Assembly (NCBI RefSeq): GCF_044704955.1
Contig: NC_091982.1
Coordinates: 81,406,001 to 81,470,000, forward strand
Length of the DNA stretch: 64,000 nt
DNA from: Pristiophorus japonicus
Lineage: Eukaryota
Direction of reading: 5' to 3'
Part shown: one piece after another, positions 1-12,505 of the stretch
How positions within the stretch are numbered: position 1 is the stretch's first letter
Layout of the letters: each line of letters begins with the position of its first letter
Position numbers and translations under genes: made by a program
Notes under the pieces: model-generated
The model's database searches: none
Told to the model about the DNA's origin: nothing
Seen by the model: the letters and a program-made list of their open reading frames with translations, nothing else

Positions 1-35
1 AAAGGTGCTATATAAGTGCAAGTCTTTCTTTTTTT
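1..35 (+). mobile_element. 3' tail of a Deu-type SINE, cut by the window edge
   Basis: GGTGCTATATAAGTGCAAGTCTTTC matches the tail of the SINE copy at about 59835. Confidence 0.6.
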
Positions 36-244
36 CATGTAAAGAATGGCCATTTGGGCATGGTGATGGAGGGTTCCAGGCACCAAAAGATGAAGGGAGA
101 AAACTGGAGACAAAAAATACATTTAATTTCACTAGAAATTTTTCAGAACACTCTGATGAATTATTAGTGCACACAAGAATCTGCATCAGTGTTAAATCCC
201 TGAACACCAGTAGTCACTGACTTGCGGTGAATGAATAAACATTG

Positions 245-610
245 AAACATAGAAAATAGGTGCAGGAGTAGGCCGTTCGGCCCTTCGAGCCTGCACCGCC
301 ATTCAATGAATTCATGGCTGAACATGCAACTTCAGTACCCCATTCCTGCTTTCTCGCCATACCCCTTGATTCCCCCTAGTAGTAAGGACTACATCTAACT
401 CCTTTTTGAATATATTTAGTGAATTGGCCTCAACAACTTTCTGTGGTAGAGAATTCCACAGGTCCACCACTCTCTGGGTGAAGAAGTTTCTCCTCATCTC
501 GGTCCTAAATGGTTTACCCCTTATCCTTAGACTGTGACCCCTGGTCTGGACTTCCCCAACATCGGGAACATTCTTCCTACATCTAACCTGTCTAAACCAG
601 TCAGAATTTC
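245..610 (-). mobile_element. CR1 LINE 3' fragment
   Basis: ORF2 C-terminus (RRNFFTQRVVDLWNSLP), 3' UTR hairpin and TTTCTATG-type tail. Confidence 0.9.
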
Positions 611-723
611 TATTTTTGTCAAGTCAAGTTCTATTTTTGTTACATGGCACTTTGGAATTTTACAAGTGTTTGGGGTATTGAATTCCACAATTTAACATGA
701 AAAGCACAAATCCTGATCAAGTA

Positions 724-1272
724 ACATATCAGCATGGCCCCGACCTGCGAGGAAACACCAGCGGCAGGTTGGGGCTACAAAAGGAGCGCCGTGGAGGCGG
801 CTGCAAGATACAGTGCGAGCCAGATCAGGAGGGCAACTGGATTGGATGGCACCATAATCTAGGTCGCTGATTGGAGTGTGGGCAGGTACAGCAGGAGAGG
901 CAGCAAGCAGCAGAGGAGCGGCGAGAAATTGTAGAGCGACGTGATCGGGGTCCAGGAGAGGCGCGACTTCGGGGCCCAGGGGCAGCACGGGCCAGTCCAC
1001 ACTGCGATGTGTATGTACACTAGGTCTGTGCAGCAGAGCTGATCTCCATTCTTGGTTAATCCTTGCCACTGGACCGAGACCTAGTTCTGTCAAGCCCATG
1101 TGGTGACTGGTGTGCAACGGCCACCACACATTAAAAAAATCCACGCACAGGCATCTTCCACCCTTCAATGAGTATTTCAAAACCTGGAATATCAGGTCCC
1201 TCATTGTAACACCTGTGAACTTTTTGGTGTGGAAGCAAGTCATCCTCGATATGAGGGACTGCCTAAGAAGAT
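724..1272 (+). mobile_element. Non-autonomous element or SINE with an RTE-type 3' tail
   Basis: Ends in GTGGAAGCAAGTCATCCTCGATATGAGGGACTGCCTAAGAAG, matching the 3' ends of the RTE copies in this window; possible TSD ATCAAGTA at 716-723 and 1277-1284. Confidence 0.65.
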
Positions 1273-1357
1273 TAAAATCAAGTATTACATGCAAACATTG
1301 TATTAAAATGTATACAAAATAATGGCTCGTGTGTGTGTCTGCTCCAATGGAACCTAC

Positions 1358-1474
1358 CATAGGTTGCGGCTGGGAGACTGGAGGAACAGCCTGAACTTGC
1401 GGGGCATTCGGGCCTGCTACAGGTTGGCCAGATGAAATCAGTGATGTCACATTGGCTGGTCGATGTAACATTTT
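1358..1474 (-). CDS. CSTF2: CSTF2 exon 6 (KMLHRPANVTSLISSGQPVAGPNAPQVQAVPPVSQPQPM)
   Basis: tttcag acceptor, ATG|gtaggt donor, 117 nt in frame; start of the Pro/Gly-rich region. Confidence 0.9.
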
Positions 1475-1694
1475 CTGAAAAGAACAAAACATTTTAGTAC
1501 TGCCTACCATCAGCTTTTCATTTATTTCTAAAAGATCCCCAACGTAGTCAAAATTGATCAACACTGAAACGTTTGGAACTGATTTAAAAAGACATCTCAT
1601 TGCTCACTAGTCTTAATGCTAATGGTTCAGCACAAAATGTGTGTGTGTGTGGGGCAATTGGGAAGAGTTTGCACTTTGGGAAAAATGTACTCAC

Positions 1695-1814
1695 CATGGC
1701 AATTTCAGGATCCACAATTCTCATAACAACCTGTGCCTGCAGCAGCGCATATGCCAGTTGTGGGTTCTGTAGCAGCATGTTACGAGCTTCCTGAGGACTG
1801 TTCTGAATGCAGAG
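1695..1814 (-). CDS. CSTF2: CSTF2 exon 5 (LCIQNSPQEARNMLLQNPQLAYALLQAQVVMRIVDPEIAM)
   Basis: tttcag acceptor, ATG|gtgagt donor, 120 nt; conserved hinge helix. Confidence 0.96.
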
Positions 1815-2956
1815 CTGAAAACGAAAGCATAATGCTAAAGGTATGCACGAGCAGAACACATTTAGCACAGCTGTAATAACAAATCATATGGACAGTGTGG
1901 AACTGCACATATTGAAATATCAATGCAGGACAGCAGGAAGTGATGGGACACTTCCATTCCAGAGTTTAGTTAGAACATAAGAACAGAATAGGAGGAGGAG
2001 TAGGCCATTCGGCCCTTCAAGCCTGCTCCACCATTCACTAAGATCATGGCTGATCATCTACCTCAACTCCATCTTCCCGCACTATTTCCATATCCATTGA
2101 TATGGGCATCAATGGATATCCAAAATCTATCCATTTCTGTCTTGAGTATACTGACCATCCACAGCTCTCCAGGGTAGAGAATTCCAAAGATACACAATCC
2201 TTTGAGTGAAGAAATTTCTCCTCATCCCAGTCCTAAATATCCGACCCCTTTTTCGAAGACTGTGACTCCTAGTTCTAAATCCTTAGCCAGGTTAAGTGTC
2301 CTCCCAGCATCTATCCAGTCAAGCCCCTTTAGAATTTTATATGTTTCACTAAGATCACCTTTCATTCTTCTAAACTCTGTAGAATATAAGCCTAGTCTAC
2401 TCAATCACTCCTCAAAGGACCATCTAGTGCCCTTCATTGCACTCATCCAAGTCAGTGATATAGATTGCAAATAGCTGAGGTCCAAGCACTGATCCTTGCG
2501 GTGCCCCACTAGTTACAGCTTGCCAGATCAAAATTTATTCCTACTGTTTTCTGTCCATTAATCAACACCAAATCCCATGAGCCCTAACGTTGTGTAATAA
2601 CAGCTTTTGTGGCATCTTATCGAATGTTTTCTGAAAATCCAAATACACTATATCCACTGGTTTCCCCCTTACCTACCCTACTAGTTACAACCTCAAAAAG
2701 CTCCAACAGATTTGTTAAACATGATTTCCTTTTCATAAATCAGTGTTGACTCTGCCCAATTAACACGTTAACACGTCCCTAAAAGTAGATTCTAGCATTT
2801 TCTTTACTTTGGATGTGAGGCTAACTGGCTTGTAGTTCCGTTAACTCTATCCTTCTTGAATAACGGGGTTATGTTTGTTACCTTCCAAATGGCAGGGCCC
2901 ATTCTAAAATCTAGAGAATTCTGGAAGATCAAAACCAATGCATCTACTATCTCTGT

Positions 2957-5527
2957 AGACATCCCAATAGTGGATAATCAAGGGGCTATAGGTAGGGAGG
3001 AACATAATACAATCACAAATGAAGTAATACTAGGTAAAATAATGGGACTAAAGGCGGACAAGTCCCCTGGACCTGATGCCTTACATCCTAGGGTCTTAAA
3101 AGTGGCTGCAGAGATAGTGGATGCATTGGTTGTCATCTACAAAATTCCCTGGATTCTGGGGCAGTTCCAGTGGATTGAAAAAACGCAAATGTAACGCACC
3201 TATTTAAAAAAGGAGGCAGACAAAAAGTAGAAAACTATAGACTAGTTAGCCTAACATCTGTCGTTGGGAAAATGCTGGAGTCCATTATTAAGGAAGCAGT
3301 AGCGGGACATTTGGAAAAGCATGATTCAATCAAGCAGTCAGCATGGTTTTATGAAAGGGAAATCATGTTTGACAAATTTGTTGGTGTTCTTTGAGGATGT
3401 AACGAGCATGGTGGATAAGGGGGAACCAGTGGATGTGGTGTATTTGGATTTACAGAAGGCATTCGATAAGGTGCCACATGAGGTAGTGTCAGGCATGCGA
3501 ACAATGTGGCCCGCCCAACAGAGCTGGTCGAGCGTGGTCAGTGCTTCGATGCTGGGGATGTTGGCCTGATCGAGGACGCTAATGTTGGTGCATCTGTCCT
3601 CACAGGGGATTTGCAGGATCTTGCGGAGACATCGTTGGTATTTCTCCTGCGATTTGAGGTGTCTACTGTATATGGTCCACGTCTCTGAGCCATACAGGAG
3701 GGCGGGTATCACTGCAGCCTGTAGACCATGAGCTTTGGTGGCAGATTTGAGGGCCTGATCTTCGAACACTCTCTTCCTCAGGCGGCCGAAGGCTGCTGCG
3801 CTAGCACGCTGGAGGCGGTGTTGAACCTTGTCGTCGATGTCCACTTTGTTGATAATAGGCTCCCGAGGTATGGAAAGTGGTCCACATTGTCCAGGGCCGC
3901 GCCGTGGATCTTGATGACTGGGGGGCAGTGCTGTGTGGTGGGGGTCAGGTCACACTTTAGCAAGCGAGTGCTCTACTCAGAACTCCTACATGGCAAGCGA
4001 GCCCCAGGTCGGCAGAGGAAACGTTTCAAGGACACCCTCAAAGCCTCCTTGATAAAATGCAACATCTCCACTGACACCTGGGAGTACCTGGCCAAAGACT
4101 GGACTAAATGGAGGAAGAGCATCCGGGAGGGCACGAAGCACCTCGAGTCTCGCTGCCGAGAGCATGCAGAAAGCAAGCACAGACAGCGGAAGGAGTGTAC
4201 GGCAAACCAGTCTTTCCACCAACCTTTTCCTTCAATGACTGTCTGTCTGTCCCACCTGTGACAGAGACTGTAATTCCCGTATTGGACTGTTCAGTCACCC
4301 AAGAATTCACTTTTAGAGTGGAAGCAAGTCTTCCTCGATTTCGAGGGATTGCCGATGATGATGATGACATAAGCAATAACTGCACAAGATAAAAGCTCAC
4401 GTGGCTGGGGGTAATATATTAGCATGGATAGAGGATTAGCTAACTAACAGAAAACAGAGAGTCGGGATAATTGGGTCATTTTCCGGTTGGCAAACAGTGA
4501 CTAGTGGGGTGCCGCAGGGATCAGTGCTGGGTCCTCAACTATTTACAATCTATATTGATGACTTGGATGAAGGGACCAAGTGTAATATAGCCAAGTTTGC
4601 TGATGATACAAAGATGGGTGGAAAAGCAAATTGTGAGGAGGACACACAAATTCTGCAAAGGGGTATCGACAAGTTAAGTGAGTGGGCAAAAATTTGGCAG
4701 ATGGAGTATAATGTGGGAAAATGTGAGGTTATCCACTTTGGCAGAAATAATAGAAAAGCAAATTATAATTTAAATTGAGAAAAGTTGCAAAGTGCTGCAA
4801 TACAGATAGACCTGAGGGTCCTTGTGCATGAACCACAAAAAGTTAGTATGCAGGTACATCAAGTAATCAAGAAGGCAAATGGAATATTGACCTTTATTGC
4901 AAGGTGGAAAGAGTATAAAAGCAGAGAAGTTCTGCTACAATTGTACAGGTTATTGGTGAGGCCACACCTGGAGTACTGCATGGAGTTTTGGTCTCCATAT
5001 TTAAGGAAGGATATACTTGCATTGGAAACTGTTCAGAAAAGGTTCACTAGGTTGATTCCGGAGATGAGAGGGTTGACTTATGAGGATAGGTTGAGTAGGT
5101 TGGGTCTATACACATTGGAGTTCAGAAGAATGAGAGGTGATCTTATTGAAACTTATAAGATAATGAGGGGGCTCGACAAGGTGGATGCAGAGAGGATATT
5201 TCCACTCATAGGGGAAACTAAAACTAGGGGACATAGTCTTAGAATAAGGGGCCATCCATTTAAAACTAAGATGGGGAGAAATTTCTTCTCTCCGAGGGTT
5301 GTAAATCTATGGAATTCTCTGCCCCAGAGAACTGTAGAGGCTGGGTCATTGAATATATTTAAGGCGGAGATAGACAGATTTTTGAGCGATAAGAGAGTAA
5401 AGGGTTATGGGGAGCGGGCAGGGAAGGGGAGCCGAGTCCATGATCAGATCAGCCATGATTTTATTGAATGGCGGAGCAAGCTTGAGGGGCCAAATAGCCT
5501 ACTCCTGTACTTATGTACTAGAATGTA
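2957..5527 (+). mobile_element. CR1 LINE, 5'-truncated, nested in the minus-strand CR1
   Basis: [30 protein letters not shown] and FADD RT motifs, with a 3' tail; frameshifted. Confidence 0.9.
3486..4367. mobile_element. RTE-clade LINE fragment with 5' inversion (3486-3950 minus, 3960-4367 plus), nested in CR1
   Basis: FPYLGS, LLYGSETW, WAGHIVRM and GRQRKRFKDTLK motifs; (GAT)n tail. Confidence 0.88.
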
Positions 5528-8358
5528 GGCCATCGGGTCCAAGGGATTTGTCAGCTTTTAGTCCCATTAATTTCTCCAGTACTATTTCTTTACTAACACT
5601 AATTTCTTTAAGTTCCTCATTCTCACTGGACCCTTGGTTCCCCACTATTTTCGAAATGTTTTTTCTAACAAGACAGATGCAAAGTATTTGTTTAATGCAA
5701 TTTCCTTGTTCCCTAGTATAATTACTCCTGTCTCTGTCTGTAAAGGACTCACGTTTTCTTATTTCCCATTATAATTTCTCCTATCTCTGCCTGTAAGGGA
5801 CCCATGTTTACTTTTGTTGATCTCATCCTTTCTACATAACTATAGAAGCTTTTATAATCTGTTTTAAGTCTCTCGCTAGTTTACTCTCATATTCTATTTT
5901 CTCCTCTTGATCAATTTCTTGGTCATCCTTTATTGAATTCTAAAATCCTCAGGTTAACTTCTCTTTTTGGCAACATTATAATCCTCTTCATTTAATCGAA
6001 TACTATATTTAACCTCTCTTGTTAGCCACGGTTGGACCACTTTTTCCATGGGTTTTTATTCTTTAAGGATATGTGTATTTGTTGCGAATTAGAAATTATT
6101 TCTTTAAATGCTTGTCATTGCTTATCTACCAACATATCTTTTAATCTAGATTTCCCAATCTACCGTAGCCAACTTGTCCCTCATACCTACGTAGTTTGTT
6201 TTGTTTAAATTTAAGACCCTAGTTTCAGACTTTACTAAATCTCTCAAACTCAATATAAAATTCTATCACATTATGATCACTCTTCCCCAGAGGCTCCTTT
6301 ACTACAATATTATCAATTAACCTTCTCTCATTGCAGAGTACTAGATCTAAAAATGCCTGTTGCTTAGTTGGTTCTTTGACCTTCTGAACTAGCTTGAATG
6401 CATTCCATGAACTCGTTCTCTGCACTATTACTGCAAATTTGACTTGCCCAGTCTATAAGATTAAAATCCCTCATGATTACTGCATTGCCCTTGTTACACA
6501 CATCTTTAATTGCCTGATTTATACTCTGCCCAACACTACAACTACTGCTAGGGGGCTTATAAGCTACTTCCAGCATTGTTTGTTGCCCCTTGCCGTTTCT
6601 AAGCTCCACCCAAACTGATTCTACTTTTTGATTTTCCGAGTCAAGATCCTTCCTCTCTACTGTCTTTATGCCATTCTTTATTATCAGGGATATCCCCCAC
6701 AACTTTTCCATGCTGCCTATCTTTTCTAAAAGTCAAGTACTCTGGAAATACTTAGTTCCCAACCTTGGTCACTCTGCAACCATGTCTTCATAATGGCTAT
6801 TAGATCAAACCCATTCATTTCTATCTGTGCTATTAATTCATCTATTTTGTTGCAAATGCGTTGCACATTCACTTTTAAGTAACTTTTTTCTATTTTTCCC
6901 TGATGTCACCTTCGTCATTAATGCCCTATTACCTTTGTTAAACTCTCTGTCCCTTCCTGATCCCACTGCTTAATTTTACCCAAATCTTTACTCTGCTCCA
7001 GAGTCTTGATTTTTCTCTTGCTACTTTTGAATTTACCCCTTCCTGAATCCTTCCATTCCATTAGTTTAAAGACCTGTCTGTTGCGCTAATTATTCGACTT
7101 GCCAGGACAACAGTCCCAGCCTGGTTTAAGTGCAGGCCGTCCCAACGGAACAGCTCCCTCGTTCCCCCGAACCGGTGCCAGTGCCCCACGAATTGAAATC
7201 CCTGCCTCCCACATCATTTTCAGTCACGCATTAACCTTCTAATCTGTTTGTCCAGCCATGAAAAGGCATGTTCCTGTAGGGAGCTATTGAATAAAAAGCA
7301 GTTGTTACCGCCAAAACAGTGAAATCTAGCAGTTTAGACCAAAGGTATGGAAATTGTCCACCCTTGTACGGCAGGGGGATAAAAAAAAGTGATTCTTTCT
7401 CTCATTGTAACAATCATGTGGTTGCAAGAGCCTCAATAGTTTAAGATCCTCGGAATGTCCTCCAGCATAGCTGGAGAAACTTTAATAACTGGTACTCAAC
7501 CATTATTCCCGAGAGTGATCTTTAGTCTTTAGTCTTCCAGTTGTGAGAAATTTACGAAATATCCTTTCATAACATGACTGGAACCAGCGATTCTCATTAA
7601 AAACTAAGATTTACAGACAATTGTCCCATTCCTGCTCAGCACTGCCACGGTGGCAGCTTTGCTTTAGGTGGCTGATAGTCCTGATTTCCACCATCACTGT
7701 AGAAATCTTAACCTTTTTTTAAAACCTATAAACTGCAGTCCACTTTACAGCTAGACATTAGCACACAATTTTTTAAACTTCTATCTCCCTGGTGGCAGAA
7801 TGGAGTACTGGTTGTGTTTGTGGACAGACAGGCCATTCTGGCATTTTCCCAAATGATACAGCAGAGATCAACAACTGACCATAAGGGGAACTGTGGGCAC
7901 AATGCCATATCCATACTCACCTCATGACATGGTTTGAATACTAGAGGAAGATTTCAAATAAAAATAGCAATTTTTTCTTGCAAATAGTGATTCTATGAAA
8001 TAGCTATTTTTCTTCCCTACAACTCTGCAATCTTTCTGAACTGTGCACTTTCCTTGCTGAGAAAGTGGGTCTGAAACTTGCTGCAAAGATTCTGCCAAAA
8101 CCATATCCAACCAGAGGTCTGCAGAGCTGTCCTCAGTGACCGTTATCCCGATTCTTCAGTCTCTCCGTATTGGGGTGGGGGAAGGAAAGGAACAGGAAGG
8201 AAGCTAGTTCAAGGTCTCTACTCTGCACTTCCAATTGACAGCATTTGTGTCTTCTATCAAATGGGTTTGGTTTTTAAATTTTGTTCAATCCAAAAAAGAA
8301 CTATTATTTTGTCCTGAAAAGTAAATAAATGCTTCAATATTAAGAGAGAAAAAAAAAC

Positions 8359-8495
8359 CTTCATTTGCTTCATGAGTTCGAACATTTGCTCAGGTGGAAG
8401 GCTGGCCACAGCACGACTGATGGACTCTGGGGCATCTTCAGGGGAGACTGGATCTCCATAAGGAGACTCCATGACAGGACCCGCTGTGCCCAGAT
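8359..8495 (-). CDS. CSTF2: CSTF2 exon 4 (NLGTAGPVMESPYGDPVSPEDAPESISRAVASLPPEQMFELMKQMK; hinge)
   Basis: ttgcag acceptor, AAG|gttttt donor, 137 nt; CstF-64 hinge sequence. Confidence 0.95.
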
Positions 8496-9189
8496 CTGCA
8501 AAAGAATAATGAATAATGTTATGTAACATTATCAACAGCTTATAATGCCGTTGTATTACTTCCAGTGGTTTGGTGGTAATAATAACATGATCAAGATTAA
8601 CACTCAGTCAAGATAGCAATGTTTTTGTTTTATAATCTACCCCTGGAACATCGGGAACATTTCATTTTTAAATAACTGGAGTTAAAATGGAAGCTGGCCT
8701 CCCTCACTTGAACAGAAAACAGGTTGTTTAACGTAATCACACCAGGTTCACTAATCTGGTAATGATTCAGGATACAGAGGCTTCACTCTAGGTCCAAAAT
8801 GAACAGTACATTATCATGGCATTAGTAGGTATTACAGACTCAGACAATGTGTGATAAATTGCTCATTAGCATTTCATGCAATAGTCCCCATTTACTGAGA
8901 CTTTGGTCATGGTTGATTGACAACATTGTTTTCAGGAGATATTTAAAACTGTATAAAAATTGTGGAATTCACTTGGTGTTTAATTCTGGGAGGAGATCCA
9001 AAACCACATGTGTGTCAACCATATACAACAAGAATAACTGTACAAGTCCACGCTGCCAACATTAATGGTTGGAAAATCGCAGGCAGCCATTGCCCAAATT
9101 TCCCATACACACTGCTGGTGGGTGAAGCTTCCACCAGCAGCACAGACATGTAAAATTACATCCAACATCTTATCTTGGAAGTAAAAACA

Positions 9190-9312
9190 CGTCATCGACC
9201 TGAAACGTTAACACTATTTCGCTCACCACTGATGCTGCCTGACCTGCTGAGTATTTCCAGCATTTTCTGTTTCTATTTCAGATTTCCAGCATCCACAGTA
9301 TTTTGCTTTTGT
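9190..9312 (+). mobile_element. Short Penelope-like element fragment (hammerhead truncated)
   Basis: GTCATCGACCTGAAACGTTAAC...GATGCTGCCTGACCTGCTGAGTATTTCCAGCATTTTCTG is shared with the copies at 24.3, 24.8 and 60.1 kb; flanked by near-duplicated CTTATCTTG(G)AAG. Confidence 0.65.
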
Positions 9313-9589
9313 AACCTTATCTTGAAGATTTACCAAAGGATTAACATGATTGTTTCACCTAAATAGTTCTGCTGCTTCATTCTACTCTGTATGAACCAAC
9401 TTCTAAATACCTGGTTTTAGCCTGTGTGCATTGGTCTATCAGAATGGTACTTTCCACCTTTTGGAACTTACAGGAGAATGTGGTTGGCATCTGACATGAT
9501 TTCCAGTAAATAATATACTGCAATGAGGGGTTCATTGTTAAAGCTGGGCACACGCACCCTTGCAAAATCATAGGTTTTGGTTCAAGGGA

Positions 9590-12505
9590 GACTAGATTGC
9601 AGCAAAATTCTAAAAAGGCAAAGTGTGTTAAAAAGACAAGCCTGGAGGCTCTGTGCCTCAATGCAAGGAGTATTCGTAATAAGGTGGACGAATTAACTTC
9701 ACAGGCAGCAATTAATGAATATGATATAATTGGCACCACGGAAACATGGCTCCAGGGGACCAAGTCTGGGAACTCAACATCTAGGGGTATTCAACATTCA
9801 GGAAGGATAGACAGAAAGGAAAAGGAGGTGGGGTAGCATTGCTGGTTAAAGAGGAAATTAACACAAGAGTAAGGAAGGACATTAGCTTGGATAATGTGGA
9901 ATCTGTATGGGTGGAGCTGCAGAATACCAAAGGGCAGAAAACGCAAGTGGGAGTTGTGTACAGACCACCAAACAGTAGTAGTGAGGTTGGGGACAGCATC
10001 AAACAAGAAATTAGGGATGCATGCAATAAAGGTACAGCAGTTATCATGGCTGACTTTAATCTACATTGGGCTAACCAAACTGGTAGCAATACGATGGAGA
10101 AGGATTTCCTGGAGTGTATTAGGGATGGTTTTCTGGACAAATATGTCGAGGAACCAACTAAAGGGCTGGCCATCCTAGACTGGGTGATGTGTAATGAGAA
10201 ACGACTAATTAGCAATCTCATTGTGCAAGAGTGACCATAATATGGTAGAATTCTTTATTAAGATGGAGAGTGACACAGTTAATTCAGAGGCTAGGGGCCT
10301 GAACTTAAGGAAAGGTAACTTCGATGGTATGAGACATGAACTGGCTAGAATAGAATGGCAAATGATACTTAAAGGGTTGACGGTGGATAGGCAATGGCAA
10401 ACATTTAAAGATAACATGGATGAACTTCAACAATTGTACATCCCTGTCTTGAGTAAAAATAAAACGGGGAAGGTGGCTCAACCATGGCTAACAAGGGAAA
10501 TTAAGGATAGTGTTAAATCCAAGGAAGACGCATATAAATTGGCCAGAAAAAGCAGCAAACCTGCGGACTGGTAGAAATTTAGAATTCAGCAGAGGAGGAC
10601 AAAGGGTTTAATTAGGAGGGGGAAAATAGAGTATGTGAGGAAGCTTGCCGAGGAACTTAAAAACTTCTATAGCTATGTGAAGAGAAAAAGATTAGTGAAG
10701 ACAAACGTAGGTCCCTTGCAGTCAGATTCAGGTGAATTTATAATAGGGAACAAAGAAATGGCAGACCAGTTGAACAAATATTTGGGTTCTGTCTTCACGA
10801 AGGAAGACACAAATAACGTGCCGGAAACACTTAGGGGACCAAGGGTTAATGAGAAGGAGGAACTGAAGGAAATCCTTATTAGTCAGGAAATTGTGTTAGG
10901 GAAATTGATGGGATTGAAGGACGATACAATCCCCAGGGCCTGATAGTTTGCTTCCCAGAGTACTTAAGGAAGTGGTCCGAGAAATAGTGGATGCATTGGT
11001 GATCATTTTCCAACAGTCTATCGACTCTAAATCAGTTCATATGGACTGGAGGGTAGCTAATGTAATGCCACTTTTTAAAAAAGGAGGGAGAGAGAAAAGG
11101 GGAATTATAGACCAGTTAGCCTGACATCAGTAGTGGGGAAAATGTTGGAATCAATGATTAAAGATGAAATAGCAGCGCATTTGGAAAGCAGTGACAGGAT
11201 AGGTCCAAGTCAACATGGATTTATGAAAGGGAAACCATGCTTGACAAATCTTCTGGAATTTTTTGAGGGTGTAACTAGTAGAGTGGACAAGGGAGAACCA
11301 GTGGATGTGGTGTATTTGGACTTTCAAATGGCTTTTGACAAGGTCCCACACACGAGATTGGTGTGCAAAATTAAAGCACATGGTATTGGGGGTAATGTAC
11401 TGACATGGATAGAGAACTGGTTGGCAGACAGGAAGCAGAGAGTCGGGATAAATGGGTCCTTTTCAGAATGGCAGGCAGTGACTAGTGGGGTGCCGCAGGG
11501 CTCAGTGCTGGGACCCCAGCTCTTTACAATATATATCAATGATTTAGATGAAGAATTGAGTGCAATATCTCCAAGTTTGCAGATGACACTAAACTGGGTG
11601 GCGGTGTGAGCTGTGAGGAGGTCGCTAAGAGGCTGCAGGGTGACTTGGACAGGTTAGGTGAGTGGGCAAATGCATGGCAGATGCAGTATAATGTGGATAA
11701 ATGTGAGGTTATCCACTTTGGGGGCAAAAACCCAAAGGCAGAATATTATCTGAATGGCAGATTACGAAAAGGGGAGGTGCAACGAGACCTGGGTGTCATG
11801 GTACATCAGTCATTGAAAGTTGGCATGCAGGTACAGCAGGCGGTGAAGAAGGCAAATGGTATGTTGGCCTTCATAGCTAGGGGTTAAGAAGATAGGAGCA
11901 GGGAGGTCTTACTGCAGTTGTACAGGGACTTGGTGAGGCCTTACCTGGAATATTGTGTTCGGTTTTGGTCTCCTAATCTGAGGAAGGACGTTCTTTCTAT
12001 TGAGGGAGTGCAGCAAAGGTTCACCAGACTGATTCCCAGGATGGCTGGACTGACATATGAGGAGAGACTGGATCGACTGGGCCTTTATTCACTAGAGTTT
12101 AGAAGGATGAGAGGGGATCTCATAGAAACGTATAAAATTCTGACGGGACTGGACAGGTTAGATACAGGAAGAATGTTCCCGATGTTAGGGAAGTCCAGAC
12201 CCAGGGGACACAGTCTAAAGATAGGGGGTAAGCCATTTAGGACTGAGATGAGGAGAAACTTCTTCACTCAGAGAGCTGTTAACCTGTGGAATTCCCTACC
12301 GCAGAAAGTTGTTGATGCCAGTTCGTTGGATATATTCAAGAGGGAGTTAGATGTGGCCTGTACAGCTAAAGGGATCAAGGGGTATGGAGAGAAAGCAGGA
12401 AAGGGGTACTGAAGTGAATTATCAGCCATGATCTTATTGAATGGTGGTGCAGGCTCGAAGGGCCGAATGGCCTACTCCTGCACTTATTTTCTATGTTTCT
12501 ATGTT
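9590..12505 (+). mobile_element. CR1 LINE with near-complete but disrupted ORF2 (APE endonuclease + RT)
   Basis: [32 protein letters not shown]; TTTCTATG tail; stops and frameshifts. Confidence 0.93.

Larger units (their letters stand above)
1975..7250 (-). mobile_element. Decayed CR1 LINE (pieces at 1975-2956 and 5528-7250), interrupted by a plus-strand CR1
   Basis: 3' tail at 1975, then RT, endonuclease and ORF1-end fragments on the minus strand; the sequence resumes across the insertion. Confidence 0.85.

Noticed and set aside
692-1600. 302-aa ORF as a standalone gene
   Set aside because: Only 1358-1474 is CSTF2 exon 6; the rest is intron and the antisense of a repeat.
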